A stretch of 49,729 nucleotides of DNA from Gemmatimonadales bacterium (GTDB lineage: Bacteria > Gemmatimonadota > Gemmatimonadetes > Gemmatimonadales > GWC2-71-9), in the NCBI GenBank assembly GCA_038321865.1, contig JBBQFH010000025.1, forward strand, positions 1 through 49,729, written 5' to 3'. Position 1 is the stretch's first letter. Each line of letters opens with the position of its first letter. The position numbers were made by a program, and so were the translations under genes. The notes beneath the pieces were generated by a model that saw only the letters and a program-made list of their open reading frames with translations, did not search any database and was not told the origin of the DNA. Below are positions 49,130-49,729 of the stretch, one piece after another.

Positions 49130-49525
49130 CTACCAGACCACGGCGACGAGCTCGCCGCCGAGATTCTGGGTCCGCGCGTCGCGGTCGCTCATCAGGCCGC
49201 GCGACGTCGACACGATGGCCATGCCGAGTCCGTTTTTGACGCGCGGGATCTCGCGCGACTTCACGTAGCGGCGGAGGCCGGGGGTCGATACGCGCTTCAG
49301 CTCGCGGATGACCGGCGACTCGTTGTGGTACTTCAGGTACAGGCGAAGCACGCCGTGGGCGCCGTCGTCCAGGACCTTGAAGTCCGCGATGTAGTGGTTG
49401 TCGCGCAGCAGCCGGGCCAGCTCGCTCTTCAGCTTGCTCACCGGCATGTCCACGCGCCGGTGGCCCGCGGAGCAGGCGTTCCGGATGCGGGTCAGCATAT
49501 CCGCGACGGGATCAGTCAGGCTCAT
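49130..49525 (-). CDS. rpsH: 30S ribosomal protein S8
   Basis: DP.ADMLTRIRNA, RVS.PG.R.Y, STSRG, GGE. Confidence 0.97.
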   Translation of the reverse strand: MSLTDPVADMLTRIRNACSAGHRRVDMPVSKLKSELARLLRDNHYIADFKVLDDGAHGVLRLYLKYHNESPVIRELKRVSTPGLRRYVKSREIPRVKNGLGMAIVSTSRGLMSDRDARTQNLGGELVAVVW

Positions 49526-49537
49526 CTCGGTCTTCCC

Positions 49538-49723
49538 TTACCAGCTGGCTGTGCGCACGCCCGGGATCATCCCGGAGAGCGCAAGGTCACGGAAACAGAT
49601 GCGGCAGAGGCCGAACTTGCGCAGAACCGCGCGCGAGCGGCCGCACCGCTGACACCGCCGTACGACGCGCGACTTGAACTTCGGCGTGCGCTTGGCTCGT
49701 TCGATCCAACAGGTCTTTGCCAT
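49538..49723 (-). CDS. rpsN: 30S ribosomal protein S14 (zinc-binding type Z)
   Basis: 61 aa; RCQRCGR...CRICFR...PG...ASW. Confidence 0.96.
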   Translation of the reverse strand: MAKTCWIERAKRTPKFKSRVVRRCQRCGRSRAVLRKFGLCRICFRDLALSGMIPGVRTASW

Positions 49724-49729
49724 GTATCG

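Overview
High-GC bacterial chromosome segment; gene content and order look most like Gemmatimonadota, which is inferred and not checked by a database search. The left end (1 to ~3400) is a visibly more A/T-rich putative defence island. It holds the 3' part of an M.PvuII-like DNA methyltransferase and a SIR2-STAND(NTPase)-helical/TPR protein whose frame is interrupted by one in-frame TAG and then stays open for 76 more codons. The island abuts the 3' end of a class II ribonucleotide reductase (nrdJ), whose last ~38 codons show a foreign-looking synonymous codon shift. The rest is mostly core genome: Ser/Thr signalling genes (Zn-ribbon kinase-PEGA-TonB_C, PP2C, FHA-trypsin) interleaved with peptidoglycan recycling genes (amidase, ampG, nagZ, anmK, murQ, with ggt divergent and an Ala-Glu epimerase further on), a REP-like 31-bp inverted repeat, an ABC exporter, ccdA, fur, a TIGR00300-like enzyme, priA, an HDAC, a small ubiquitin-fold-like ORF, glyQS, purA with a promoter-terminator leader, a catalytically degenerate PilT, trpS, suhB, exported RidA and proline iminopeptidase, and the distal spc operon (rpsN to secY, adk, map). 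No rRNA, tRNA, CRISPR array, integrase or transposase was seen. All assignments come from motif recognition by eye.
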